A DNA stretch of 52,386 bases, filler included, from Barthelona sp. PAP020 (lineage: Eukaryota): NCBI GenBank assembly GCA_040182905.1. It is 2 parts of 2 records of this genome, joined end to end, with 100 filler letters (N's around TTAATTAATTAA, not from the genome) between each part and the next. Parts side by side here need not be neighbours in the genome. Positions count along the whole stretch, not along the records: positions 1 to 26,275 come from JARQWU010000139.1; 1 more part is not named here. The stretch is one strand, 5' to 3'. Under the pieces are notes generated by a model. It saw only the letters and a list, made by a program, of their open reading frames with translations, was not told where the DNA came from and did no database searches. The position numbers and the translations under genes were made by a program. Positions within the stretch are counted from its first letter, which is position 1. Each line of letters opens with the position of its first letter. Below are positions 1-11,327 of the stretch, one piece after another.

Positions 1-380
1 GTGGATTCAGATGCCCAAGTAACTTAAAAAATTGGACCTAAAGGTGGTCAAGAAACAACAAATAAAGGGAGTGATATTTGATGACCTCTTTATATCTCCA
101 ATAATTTCCGTTCATTGAGCATGAACTTCCACATTATTCACTCATAACACAGTGCTTCTTGGCTTGGAAATAATTCTTGTTCTGACAGTACAGATTGTTT
201 TTTTCAACAACTAGAGTTTCTTCATTCACTCACATTTACCATGTTCTTTTGCATGAAAACAAAAAGGAATTATCACCCCAAAAAAATAAAATAAAAAGAA
301 CCGATATTAATTGTTTATTTTTAAATTTTCTTTTTTTTTTTTTTAATTTTTTACTTTTTGACTTTTTGTCTCATAAATCG

Positions 381-1623
381 TTAAGATGAACGAGACACAG
401 GAGGTTTATTTGATTTTATTGATTGTTCACTGCCAGTCTTTAATCTTTTCTTCATATTATCAGCCAAACTTTTTGTTGTTGGCATGGGATCTTTATTGAC
501 AGGAGAAAGATGAGGACTTTCCACCAAAGCATTTTGTAATTGGTCCAATCTATTTTCCAAATGTTCAGGTCTAACCAACTCCTCGGCACTCATGCAACTA
601 ACAATTTCCATAATATCATTTAAAGAAAAGGCTTTATCAACATGTTTGTCATAGCCAGAAGCAGTTAATTGTGCTTCAGAATATTGTTCAAGCAATTTAA
701 CTTTGTTTTCATTAACTGGAGTTGTTTTCTTTTCAAATGACTTTTGTTGTGGCTTACGATCGTTTGTTTTTCCAAAATTACCTCTATTTCTTTTTCCACT
801 TTTGTTTCCCTTGTTTTTATAATTGTAATTCCTGTTTCTATGGTTCTTGTATTGTTGATGCTTTTGTCTATTTTGTTCTTCAACATAATTTTTGAAAATT
901 GGCAAGTATTCCTCCAATGCTTGAATATCTTGAGTAGATAAACACTCTTTTAATAATTTCATACTATTTTCATCATAGAAAAAAGCTAAAGGATAACACA
1001 ATCTGTAAACTTCATCTTCATTCATTTCACCAGCCAACATTTTTGAAACATCATTTGCAATATCAATAAATTCAACTTTCAAAAGAATAAAATGAGCATC
1101 TTTAACATCAGTATATCCATCGCAAACGAAAGATTCATCATCAACACGTTTTGAAATCAGAACTTTAGCAAGTTCACATTGAGAAGATGATGTAAAAACA
1201 ACATTCCAACAATCATTATGATAAACAATTTTGTGATATTTAATATCCAATTGTTCAAAAGCATACTTCAATTTCTTTTCATCTTGGGAAGTAGCAAGAA
1301 GAGGAAACTTCAAAACTAAATCATTCGAAGGAATAATTGCTCGAATTTTGGTCTTGTCTTCATTTAATTCAATAAATTCAGATTTTTCAACTGCATCAAC
1401 AATCGAATCAAAAGTAGATCCCAACTGACGCATTTTGAAAAAATTTTTAACAACATTAATATCAACCCAAGAATTATCATCCATATTATTTCTAAGATAT
1501 GTGTCACTCACAATATTTTCATATGAAAAATAAAACTCTAATTGTTTCTGTTGCTTTGAAATACTGTCTACAAATATTAGAATTTGATATTTAATTCAAT
1601 AAAGTACCGTTAATATCTGTCAT
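381..1623 (-). CDS. La-related RNA-binding protein (La motif + RRM-like, LARP4-like); exons 1623-1608 and 1567-381
   Basis: Removing a 40-nt GT-AG intron (1607-1568) extends the track ORF to MTDINDSISKQQKQLEFYFSYENIVSDTYLRNNMD. This restores the La-motif signature (QLEFYFS..N...D.YL, then WVDI..V..F.KMR.L). An RRM-like segment and a K/N/R-rich low-complexity region follow. Confidence 0.85.
1568..1607 (-). other. Spliceosomal intron, 40 nt (phase 1), in the La-related gene
   Basis: GTACTT...TTCTAATATTTGTAG. Splicing joins the ATG exon in frame with the La motif. Confidence 0.85.
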
Positions 1624-1928
1624 ATTAAACAAATTAAAGGTTCAAAAATTACAAAAAAAAAAATAAAACTTTCAAATCTTCATTTTTTTTAAAAACATGA
1701 TTAAAATAAATAGTATAGCTTTTTTACAACCAATAATCTTACTGAAATGAATGAGAAAACGATGCAACATTCAAAAAATAAAATAAAATGTTTAGTATGT
1801 TTTATAACTGCTAGACTTTCAAACAAAAAGCATAAACGCTTATTAAAATAATAAAAAACCAAAAATAAAAAAGGAAAATTACAAATTTTTTTTCAAAAAC
1901 TTCTTCCTCCTTTTTTTTTCATTGAGAA

Positions 1929-1962
1929 GTAATTCAATTCATTTTATGTACCTAACATATAG
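1929..1962 (+). other. Probable 34-nt 5'-UTR intron of RPS26
   Basis: GTAATT...CCTAACATATAG ends 9 nt upstream of the RPS26 ATG. The branch-plus-acceptor motif has the same spacing as in the eL40 intron. Confidence 0.65.
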
Positions 1963-1971
1963 GTTTTATTA

Positions 1972-2295
1972 ATGCCTCAAAAAAGACGTAATAACGGTCG
2001 TTCCAAAAAGAACTGTGGTCACACCAGTTTTGTTCGTTGCAGCAATTGTTCTCGTGCTGTCCCTAAAGATAAGGCTGTTAAGAAATTTTCTTCCCGTCCT
2101 CTTTGTGATTCTTCTATTTTAAAAGATATTGACGCTGTCACCAAGATTGCCAACTACAAACCCCCTAATCTTTTCTCTTTATCTTATTATTGTGTTTCTT
2201 GCGCTTGTCATCATAAGTTAGTTCGTGTTCGTTCTCGTGAAGATCGTAGAATCCGCTCCCGTCCTTCTCGTGGTGGTTTAGCTCGTCGTAACTAA
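1972..2295 (+). CDS. RPS26: 40S ribosomal protein eS26
   Basis: MPQKRRNNGRSKK..GH...VRCSNCSRAVPKDKAVKKF and YCVSCACH..LVRVRSREDRR are eS26 signatures. Codon usage (CGT, GGT) is typical of a highly expressed gene. Confidence 0.97.
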   Translation: MPQKRRNNGRSKKNCGHTSFVRCSNCSRAVPKDKAVKKFSSRPLCDSSILKDIDAVTKIANYKPPNLFSLSYYCVSCACHHKLVRVRSREDRRIRSRPSRGGLARRN

Positions 2296-2493
2296 AATTC
2301 TTTGGTTAATATGAGATTGAATAGAGAAATACAAATTTCACCTGTTTTTAATGGGACAAAATAAAACACTCTATACGATTTGTTTTTTCTTTTTTGATTT
2401 CAATAGATTTACAGGTTTTGAGAAAATAAAACAAAAAATAACAAAAAATACATATTTTTATATTTGATTTTGATAATGGCATGCAAAAGAAGA

Positions 2494-4300
2494 TCACTCT
2501 TGTGTAACTTTACTCATGCTGATCATACCATTTTCATTAACTTCCCAAATACTCAACAATTGCATCCATTCATCATCGTTGACCGAAAAGTTTTGTTCTC
2601 TCAACATATCCCTCAGAACGCTTTCATGAATGAGTTCTTCTTCTTCTTGATATTGTTGATTCAATTCTAATCTTTGTAATGTTTCACTTAAAGGCTTATT
2701 AACAACAGATTCTGTTGTTCCGTGAATATTAGCCAAAAACTTTTCAGTAAATGGATCACATTCAAGCAATTCAAACATAAAGCCATTCAAATTCAAAACA
2801 TTTCCTATTCTTAAGTCTTCAACTCCATAATAAATTGGTAAAGGTTGATTTGTTGGTCTTTCCTTTACAATTTTTGATCTTTCCAAGAATTTACCAGAAG
2901 TAATTCCAGAATTTCTTTTTGGAGGTTCAAACACAAGAATAGTGTCATCCGAAAGGAAAAAAGATATTATAAATTCACGATCCTTATTAAAGCCCTTTGC
3001 ATTTTGAATTTTGGCCTTAAATCTTAAGATCTTGCCGTCCATCTTCAAAAACTTTACAAAATCTCTTTTGGGAGGCTTTGGAATCAAGTGATTGACATTT
3101 TGAAGACTATCTTCTTCAGTACCAATGCCTTGATGTGGAGGAATAATTCTCTTAGTAGGTGCAGATTGATTGTTAGCAACAATATCATATGCTCTCTTGC
3201 CACTTTCCACATCCAACTCATGTCCAATGCTTTGCATATATCTTTCAGTCGTTTTATCACATGAATATACCATGAAAGGTCTGCCAAACACATCCAAATA
3301 TTGTCCCAATTTGAAATGATGAGGTCTAACATATTCAGTTTCGGCAGAATAAACTGCTTCAACAGGATGCTGAGTCATCTTCTCAATAACACTTCTTTGA
3401 GGGACATCTCCCAAAGGTAATGGTTGTCTACGTAAGAATGGCTCACTACGACCATTTTCTAACTTGTAAACCTCAACAGTATCATCAGAAAGATAATAAT
3501 GAATGACATATTGAGAAATCTGTCCAAACATCTCATCTAAATTATTCCAATAAGCATAGAATCTCAACACTTTTCCATCAAAAGACAAGAATTTATTTAA
3601 TGTATCTTTTTTTACAACAACAGGTCTTCTAGGCTTGTTTTGCTCACGTCTCAATTCTAAATATTTATCTTCCATTTCTGGTAAATTTTCAGGCATATCA
3701 ATATTCAATTCATCTTTCATATACTTTCTTGTACCATCAGAAATAGCGGTGATAAAAAATAATTGTCCACACATATTGACCTCTCCACCAATCTGTAAAT
3801 CAGATAATTTCAAAAATTCACCATTTGCCTTTGAAATTTTCTGTCTTGATAAGAACACACCTTGTGGAATTCCAGAATTCTCCTTATGAGCCTCAATAAT
3901 ACGAAAAGTTCCATCAACAGGATAATGTTCAATGGCTACTTGACGACTTCTTACAGTTTCAATCGAACTTTCAGGAACATCTTCTAAAAAGAAACCAATA
4001 AAACGTAAAACAATTTCAGATTCTTGAACATAAGAAGGTACATAACCTGTTGGCATCATTTGACGTTTAGCTGTTCCATATGTTAAATTAAGTAAATCAT
4101 CTTCAGTAACCTCCGATTCATCATCATTTAATCTATCAGGAGCTATGTTTTTAACGGTTAATAAACCACCAACCACATCAAAAACGTGCTTGACTGCATG
4201 ACTTTTCTTCTAAATCAAAAGTTAGTTAAAATAATAAGTACAAATATACTTTTGGATCAGCATTCAATGTAAAACCTGGTAAAGAAGGATTGGAATCCAT
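2494..4300 (-). CDS. EFHC1: EFHC1/Rib72-like axonemal protein with three DM10 domains; exons 4300-4250 and 4209-2494
   Basis: Three DM10-type repeats (VLRFIGFF..., GKVLRFYAYW...HYYLSDDTVEV, GKILRFKAK...FFLSDDTILVFEPPKRNSGITSGKFLER) and a degenerate C-terminal EF-hand. A 40-nt intron supplies an ATG exon, MDSNPSLPGFTL, resembling the family's N-terminal LPG motif. EFHC1 versus EFHC2 is not resolved. Confidence 0.9.
4210..4249 (-). other. Spliceosomal intron, 40 nt (phase 0), in EFHC1
   Basis: GTATAT...AACTAACTTTTGATTTAG. Splicing is in frame with the downstream ORF, which otherwise begins at a GTG with no ATG. Confidence 0.88.
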
Positions 4301-4489
4301 TTTTAATGTACAAAAAATTGAATTGAATTTTTTTTTTCAATCTATTGCAAAAAGGAAAGAATCAGCCTCAAATCAACGAAATATACCGTTTTATAATTAA
4401 ATGAAGGTAAAAAAAAAAAAACAAAAGAAAAATTTTTACAAAAAAGTAAAAAGGACAGAAAAATTGTTTGTTCATTAGTCATAAATATA

Positions 4490-7400
4490 TTAACTTAATG
4501 ACCCTGTTGAATTTTGCAACGAAGCTTTTCGCCAAAGGTTTAATAACTGATTTTTATATTCATTTGAATCAGCTTCTGAATCAATATCACCATTGTATTT
4601 ATCTAAAATTGTTTTTAAAACTTCAACATTATGTTTATTCGTTAAAAATTTCATTTTTTTTTCATATATATTGAAAGTTGAGTCAGATTGAAATTGTTCA
4701 GCATACTTTTCTGCGTTGTCAACAATTTTCTTTGGCATTCCAGCCAATAAAGCAACATTCATACCGTAGCTTTTTGGGCTGCCACCAGGAACCAATTGAT
4801 AAAGGAAAGTAACATCATCACTGTTTTCATCAACATTGACAGCCATGTGAAATAATGCAATTTTTTCATTAAGCTTTTCATCCGCACTTTCATGAATCAA
4901 AGAGTGATAATGTGTTGCGAATAGCATACGAGGAGAAATTTTTGCCACCAAATGTTGCAAAACACCATATGCAATAGCATAACCATCACTTGTTGCGGTA
5001 CCTCTTCCAATTTCATCGAGAATTACTAATGAATTGACTGTGCTTTTCTTTAAAACTTGTAAAGTTTCTGTTAATTCAACCATAAAAGTACTTCTTCCCT
5101 GACCTATTGCATCATGTGCTCCAGTTCTACTAAAAACGTAATCAACCGGTGTGAAGGAACATTTTTCTGCCGGAACATAGCAACCAATCTGTGCCATAAT
5201 CACAATAACACAAACCTGTTTCAATAGCGTTGATTTTCCAGACATATTGCTTCCAGTCAACAAAATTGAAGATGCTAATTTTGTTCCATTAACTTCACCA
5301 AGCATTATACTGTTAGGAATAAACTGATTCACATTGGGTTCAGCCAAAGGATGCCTTCCTTTGATTATTTGGAGAGATGGTACAGATACAACATCAATTC
5401 CATCTGGATTATATTGATCGACAACTTGAATAATTGGTCTGGTCATTTCTGGTTGAACGGATACAATTGAAAAGCTTTGCAAAACATCAAAAATAGCGAA
5501 TTTATCAACCAATAACAGAATGGTTGACCTCAACAAAAACAATTGACCCTGAAGGAATTTAGAAATTCTTCCTCTCAATTGAAAAGTATTGTTCTGAATT
5601 ACATTCAAATCATTTAATGCCTTAACTATAAAACTAGTGTGATATCTGTTTGCTTGTTTTGTTTTTGAGGTCATTTTCCAATCCTCGGGTAGATGTCTTT
5701 CAATCTTGTTGATATACTTCTTGTCAATCTCTATTTGATATTTTTCTTTCTGAATATGTTTGTATTGCATGGGAACTCCATATTCTTGTATCAAAGCCTT
5801 TAAATACGAATTAAAACCATCAATCTGTTTACTCTCTTCATTGATTGAGGCTTCTAAATCTGGATACATTTCTTCACTTACAATACAACTGTTCTTAAAG
5901 GAAGATTCATCCCATATGAAAGAATTTTCAAAATATTTAATTATTTGGCTGATATTACCAATACAATTAGCGTGCGTTCCTCCAACAACGTTAATTATTG
6001 GTATTGAATCCTCTTCCATATCGGCTAAAACTTCTATATTATCATCTTCATTCAATTGACTTTGCTTCGAAAACATAACATTCTTTGACCTCTGAAAACT
6101 TTCCAAAAGTTCGGCCAAATTTTCAATTTCACCAAAAGTAAACATAGAACTCATCAAACTATCCATTGGCTTGTAACTTTCAATCCATTTAGCAAGGTTA
6201 AACATTTTCTTTATATCTTTCAACAATTGAACAAATTGAACGACAGTCAATGACCCTGTACCACATCTTGCTATTCTTCTTTCTAGATCACATAATCCAC
6301 TTAATCCTCTGTTAACGTTCTCTTTGAAAGTTTGATCATTTATTAAAAAAGATACACAATCCAAACGTTCATTTATCGCATCCTTTTGCAATAATGGATG
6401 GAGAAGCCAAGATTTCAATAATCGAAGCCCAAATGGAGTATTTGTGTGGTCCAAATGCTTTAACAATGATCCATCCACACCACGATTGAATGAATTATTT
6501 AATAGCTCAAGATTTTCGATAGCATAAGAATCAAGCAACATTCTCGAATCGTTAACATCAAATACGTTGTAAGGAAGGAAATTCTTCAATGAAACTACCT
6601 GCTTTTTGATTAATAAAATATCTAAATATCCAAAAATTCCACTGAACGCTTCAAATACACAACAATCAGAGCCAAATTCCTCAATGTGCCTTCTAAATAC
6701 AATACCTAATCCAGAATTCCCGTAAATATTGTTCAATTCCTCTGAACATACTTTTGTATCGAATTTTAAACCTCGAACATCAGCAAAACTAGCATCTGGC
6801 AACTCTCTACTAAGCATCATTTTTAAGCTTTTGTTTACAGTTGGTGACAAGATCAACTCCACAGGCTTTGTTTGCAATAATACAGTTCTCAAAGTAGCGT
6901 TGTAGGAATCATCTTCAAATTCAAGAAAACGGAAATCTCCTGTAACAGCTTCGAGTAACACAATACCAATAAAAGATCCACGCTGCGATAAACACATTAA
7001 CCAGGTCTTGTGTCGATTAGAGGAAACAGTTTCATCTAAAACAGTACCAGGAGTTACAATTTGAGTTATTTCACGACGAACATTCTCATCTCTCTTTGGG
7101 AATAGTTTATCTCTCTCAAGACCTTTTTTCATTGAAGAACGTTTTTGTTTGAAAATCTTTAAACGAGCGGCATGCTCGATGTTTGTCTCTGTTTGTTCAA
7201 CAACGACGCAAGTATATCCATGTTGAATAAATTTTGCCAAGAATGTGTTCAATGACTTGTCAGGTACACCTGCCATCCTCATTGATCCGCGTGAAGTGGT
7301 GACTTTTAAGTCAAAAAGATCATTGGCTATTGCAGCATCATCTTCGTAAAATTCAAAGAAAGAACCCTTTTGAAAGAATACAATAGAGTTGAAATGTCTC

Positions 7401-8209
7401 TGTTTAATATGCCAAAATTGATCTTCAAATGGGGTCATCAATGATACATACTCAAAAGGGATGAAAATAGTGTTTTCATCATAACCCTCTTCATCTTTCA
7501 AATTACCATTCAAATCTCTTCTATCATCAACAAGCCAAAAACGATGACGTTCAAAAAAGGTTTCTCTTGCATCAGACGCTTCTGTAAAATGCTTTCGAGA
7601 ATGTGAGGGAGCAGAACGAGGTGGTGAACCCAATCTGAAAGTAGCCATCAATTCATTACTACCTGATTCTAATGGTAAAAAGTCATGTGTCATTGTTTCA
7701 CGAGGCATAATTTCAACTTCTGAATCAAAATCAGTCAGTGATTCATCGTCTTTTTCACCTTTATTGATCATTTCAGGTTCAGAAAAGTCAGAATCCAAAA
7801 TAAATTCATCTTCAGATGATGATTCTGCATCGCCAGGAACCCAATCATCATCACTTTCTTCAAAAGTTTTTGCCTTTTTACTACCACCATATTGTTTTTT
7901 ATCTTTTTTCGTATCAAAAGTTTCTTCATCAATTCTACTTTTTGTTGATTCCACAATTGCCTTGGAAAAAATAGGTTGACTAATTTTTGGTCGGACTTCC
8001 TTGTCAAAAATTGTTTCATGAATAGTTGTTCGATTAATAGGTGAAGTAATTCTTTGTGGTGACTTTGTTTTGTCTTTCAATGTTGGACTTGTTTTAGTGG
8101 GACTGGTTTTGGTTGAAGTTGTTTTTGTGGGTGAAATTTTGGATTCTGGACTAAAAAAAGTCAATATACTTTGTTTAAATGGACTTTTTTTTGATTTCGT
8201 ACCTCCCAT
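4490..8209 (-). CDS. MSH6: DNA mismatch repair protein MSH6 (MutS-alpha subunit)
   Basis: N-terminal PIP box KQSILTFF, MSH6-type TPFEDQFW.IK, mismatch-binding F-x-E motif (QKGSFFEFYEDDA), Walker A TGSNMSGKST, STFMVEL, DEIGRGTATSDG, FATHYH and SYGMNVA helix-turn-helix. Confidence 0.93.
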   Translation of the reverse strand: MGGTKSKKSPFKQSILTFFSPESKISPTKTTSTKTSPTKTSPTLKDKTKSPQRITSPINRTTIHETIFDKEVRPKISQPIFSKAIVESTKSRIDEETFDTKKDKKQYGGSKKAKTFEESDDDWVPGDAESSSEDEFILDSDFSEPEMINKGEKDDESLTDFDSEVEIMPRETMTHDFLPLESGSNELMATFRLGSPPRSAPSHSRKHFTEASDARETFFERHRFWLVDDRRDLNGNLKDEEGYDENTIFIPFEYVSLMTPFEDQFWHIKQRHFNSIVFFQKGSFFEFYEDDAAIANDLFDLKVTTSRGSMRMAGVPDKSLNTFLAKFIQHGYTCVVVEQTETNIEHAARLKIFKQKRSSMKKGLERDKLFPKRDENVRREITQIVTPGTVLDETVSSNRHKTWLMCLSQRGSFIGIVLLEAVTGDFRFLEFEDDSYNATLRTVLLQTKPVELILSPTVNKSLKMMLSRELPDASFADVRGLKFDTKVCSEELNNIYGNSGLGIVFRRHIEEFGSDCCVFEAFSGIFGYLDILLIKKQVVSLKNFLPYNVFDVNDSRMLLDSYAIENLELLNNSFNRGVDGSLLKHLDHTNTPFGLRLLKSWLLHPLLQKDAINERLDCVSFLINDQTFKENVNRGLSGLCDLERRIARCGTGSLTVVQFVQLLKDIKKMFNLAKWIESYKPMDSLMSSMFTFGEIENLAELLESFQRSKNVMFSKQSQLNEDDNIEVLADMEEDSIPIINVVGGTHANCIGNISQIIKYFENSFIWDESSFKNSCIVSEEMYPDLEASINEESKQIDGFNSYLKALIQEYGVPMQYKHIQKEKYQIEIDKKYINKIERHLPEDWKMTSKTKQANRYHTSFIVKALNDLNVIQNNTFQLRGRISKFLQGQLFLLRSTILLLVDKFAIFDVLQSFSIVSVQPEMTRPIIQVVDQYNPDGIDVVSVPSLQIIKGRHPLAEPNVNQFIPNSIMLGEVNGTKLASSILLTGSNMSGKSTLLKQVCVIVIMAQIGCYVPAEKCSFTPVDYVFSRTGAHDAIGQGRSTFMVELTETLQVLKKSTVNSLVILDEIGRGTATSDGYAIAYGVLQHLVAKISPRMLFATHYHSLIHESADEKLNEKIALFHMAVNVDENSDDVTFLYQLVPGGSPKSYGMNVALLAGMPKKIVDNAEKYAEQFQSDSTFNIYEKKMKFLTNKHNVEVLKTILDKYNGDIDSEADSNEYKNQLLNLWRKASLQNSTGSLS

Positions 8210-8376
8210 TCAAGAAGAAAATTTTTGTTATTCTCTTTAATAAATATCTTACTTCTTTTACAATTGATTCATCTTAATAACTTCTATTTTTTATAAATAA
8301 TATTTGGAGGTAATGTACAAAGAAAAGTGTTGAAATGAAAATGGAAAAAAGAACATTTTTTGTTTGATAACGATCA

Positions 8377-11124
8377 ATGAACTTGTACAATTGTGTGATT
8401 TTTGTATATTTATTGGTTACAGTATCAGCAGTAGCTCAATTATTGCCACAGGGAGTTATTGTTAACACTGATTATTCTTATGAAAATCCTCCAACATTTG
8501 CATTGGCCATTCTTGATGGACAAAGCGTAATGATTGATGTTAATGTTTCTGCATTGACAATATTTGCTTCCACTAGTTCAGAAGTTTCCCGATATAATTA
8601 TGAATTTGTTGGTCAGGATTTTTTGAATATTGCTTCTGAAAAGCTTTCTTCAGGTATGTTGTATATAACAGTTGTAGCTGAATATGGTGCTGATTTTCCT
8701 TTTGCAATCAAGGCACAATCAACTATTTGGTTGAAGACTGGAACAAATACTCACAGCCAAACAGCCAGTGATATTATATATTATTCCCATTTGTGGTGTA
8801 CTTATGAATTTGATGATGCGTTTACTTCAAAAATTACTTCCTCTAATGGTGCTTCTTTGAAAGTTTATTTGTCAATTCACACTGCTAGGCCTTCTGAGGA
8901 AGAACATGATTTGCAGATAACATCCGAACCATATGATATTGATTTTAAAGCTGGCTCTTTACATTATTATATTGCTGTTATTTCTGATAGGGACACTGAT
9001 ATCACTGTTGAAGTGAGTTCTCCGAAAGTTTTAACCCTTACAGAAACAGCTGCTCAAGTTGTTGCGGCTCCTGCTTGTAATCTCTATTCTTCATTCACAG
9101 TTGATGGTGATTCCAAATCTATCGTAATGGGATGGATTGAAAAAGTGGATGAAAATGTCCAAAGTTCCCCCCATACTTTAGATGTTTCATACAGTTATGG
9201 TTCTTACAATTCAAAGCCTACTGCTTCCCATTCTGATGGTACTTTTGAGCTATTTCCTGGTTCTTTCAATGAGTTTGACATCAATGATCTTGCAGCAGAT
9301 AAAACTATGTATTTTGGTACTATGATGTCTCATGTTCCTTTTCATCCATTTAAATATAAATTGGTTGCATCCCAACGCATGAATATTGTTGATATGGGTG
9401 TTTTAAAGACAATTACATTTAATGAAGGAGAAAAGGAAGGATTTTTCCTTTTGCAAGGTCTTTTGAAATATGAAGAGAAAGTTGCTTTTACAGCGTTCAC
9501 AGATATGACTCTATGCTCCTCAACAACACAGTTTATTCCAAACGATTGTGAAAAACAATCAACAGAATATGTTATTTTCGATACTCCCTCCCTTTATGGT
9601 TCTATGTATTCTTTGTTTAGTAAAATGACCCGTAATGTTGATACACGTGCTTATATTACTGTTATTGGTGGACCTTTAAAGAAATTGGTCAATGAAGAAC
9701 CTGAATTTGACTATTTATCTGTCAATTCTTTCAAATTTTATCATGCAGAAGCTGTGATGGATGGAGATTATGTTATCGAAGTAAAACCATTGTTTGGTCA
9801 AGTTTGTGCATACATTTCCACTGAATTCCCATTGCCAACAGCTTATAATCGTGATTATAGTAAGTGTTCTTATGAAGGAGAGACAATTAGACAAGTTATT
9901 CCCATGAATGGACTTAAATGGACTGGTGTTTTCTATGTTGGTGTTTTAGCTCGTTCTACTTCTGCTATTGTTATCACTGGTCGTACTGATGATATCATTC
10001 TTGTTGGTGAAGGCACAACTGTTTCTACAAACGGTGGACAATTGTCGTCCTATGGTTTTGGAATTGAAACTGTCAGACACAGATATCCTTTTGTTATTGC
10101 TGTTTCAGGTCCTTATGGCATGCCGGTTTACTATTCTACATTTGAAAGACATCCCAATTCAACCGTGAATAACTATGTTTTCAAGGCTAATGAAGTTCTT
10201 ACAGTGTTCCCTGGTTCTTCTCTTTATACTTCTAGTGAATTTTTCATCAGTACTGGAGAAAATAATGGTCTTCACAATGTAACCATGGGACACTTACATA
10301 CCTTGGATGATGAAGCTATGCATGTTGGTAGTCTTTTACCTGGTGGTAGATTGTTTTTCAGACATCCTGTTAGATCTTCGGGATCTCTTCCTGTAGTTAG
10401 GGTAAGGTCTTTTTCTTCCTACAAAGGAATTGAATTCCGAGCCTCAATCAATGGTGTTCCTATTTATGATGGAGAGATTGTGGAAGATATTGGTTACCAA
10501 AATACAAATATTAGACTTCCTACAAAGGATTTTGCTCATGATTGGTATTTTATGCTTTATAATCCTGGTTATAGCACTGTTTCTTTCCGTATTGAAATTG
10601 AATTAGCTGATGAATTAGCTGTTGGACGTGAAGTTAGTGGCAATTTGGTTTCTAATGATCGTCATTTGTACGTTTTAAAAAAATCAACCACTGATGATTC
10701 CTTAATTATTGATTTGGAATTATTTGAAGACAAAACAATTACAAAAGACCCTTTGAGTCCTAAAATCTGTGTGTATTTGTCAAAAGTTGAAGGCTTGATT
10801 CCTGGTCCTGATGTTGACAACTCTTTACAATTGGTGGAATGCACTACTGATCGTTTGTATGTAGTTTCTAGTGAAACACCATTAACAACGTTGTTGAGCA
10901 TTTATGGAAGTAGTGGAGGTCAATATCAAATGATTTACAGTCGTTTATCCCATGAAAATCATCTTTTGCAGGCTATTTTGATTATTTTTGTTATTTTAAT
11001 CCTAATTGGCGTTTTGTTATTTGTTTTCTTCTTCAAAAATGACAATGAGGATGATGATAATAGCAGTGATAATTCTGAAGAAGAAGATGCTTATGATGAA
11101 AGTAAAGGTTATGATAAGATTTAA
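8377..11124 (+). CDS. Uncharacterised type I membrane protein with repeated beta-sandwich-like (PPC-like) ectodomain modules
   Basis: N-terminal signal peptide; recurring approximately 100-aa modules with Y-I/L-S...P-[ST]...D and YY/FYI.V motifs; one C-terminal hydrophobic helix (AILIIFVILILIGVLLFVFFF); acidic tail ending YDKI. Confidence 0.75.
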   Translation: MNLYNCVIFVYLLVTVSAVAQLLPQGVIVNTDYSYENPPTFALAILDGQSVMIDVNVSALTIFASTSSEVSRYNYEFVGQDFLNIASEKLSSGMLYITVVAEYGADFPFAIKAQSTIWLKTGTNTHSQTASDIIYYSHLWCTYEFDDAFTSKITSSNGASLKVYLSIHTARPSEEEHDLQITSEPYDIDFKAGSLHYYIAVISDRDTDITVEVSSPKVLTLTETAAQVVAAPACNLYSSFTVDGDSKSIVMGWIEKVDENVQSSPHTLDVSYSYGSYNSKPTASHSDGTFELFPGSFNEFDINDLAADKTMYFGTMMSHVPFHPFKYKLVASQRMNIVDMGVLKTITFNEGEKEGFFLLQGLLKYEEKVAFTAFTDMTLCSSTTQFIPNDCEKQSTEYVIFDTPSLYGSMYSLFSKMTRNVDTRAYITVIGGPLKKLVNEEPEFDYLSVNSFKFYHAEAVMDGDYVIEVKPLFGQVCAYISTEFPLPTAYNRDYSKCSYEGETIRQVIPMNGLKWTGVFYVGVLARSTSAIVITGRTDDIILVGEGTTVSTNGGQLSSYGFGIETVRHRYPFVIAVSGPYGMPVYYSTFERHPNSTVNNYVFKANEVLTVFPGSSLYTSSEFFISTGENNGLHNVTMGHLHTLDDEAMHVGSLLPGGRLFFRHPVRSSGSLPVVRVRSFSSYKGIEFRASINGVPIYDGEIVEDIGYQNTNIRLPTKDFAHDWYFMLYNPGYSTVSFRIEIELADELAVGREVSGNLVSNDRHLYVLKKSTTDDSLIIDLELFEDKTITKDPLSPKICVYLSKVEGLIPGPDVDNSLQLVECTTDRLYVVSSETPLTTLLSIYGSSGGQYQMIYSRLSHENHLLQAILIIFVILILIGVLLFVFFFKNDNEDDDNSSDNSEEEDAYDESKGYDKI

Positions 11125-11327
11125 ATTGCAAGAAGATTTCTAAGTTAATTTTGTGCAAAAAATAAATAAAAACTTTTTTTTAATAAAATGTGATTTGCTT
11201 ATTTATTTAGTAACGATATTTATCCAATAAAACACAATTGAAGAAAGCTAGTCAATAAATAATGTAATTTTTAAATATATATTTTTTTTGTATATATTTA
11301 TGTGAATAATTATATTATACATTTAAA

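Noticed and set aside
1..255. Less AT-rich stretch with TGATGA, TGAGCATGAA and CTGA motifs suggestive of a box C/D or U3-like RNA, or a gene remnant
   Set aside because: The box order is incomplete, there is no convincing terminal stem, all frames contain stops and the window edge removes context. An Infernal/Rfam search would be needed.
2458..2496. Possible TGA read-through at the EFHC1 stop, adding SSFACHYQNQI
   Set aside because: A short open stretch is expected by chance. TGA is an ordinary stop in several genes here and no SECIS-like element is evident.
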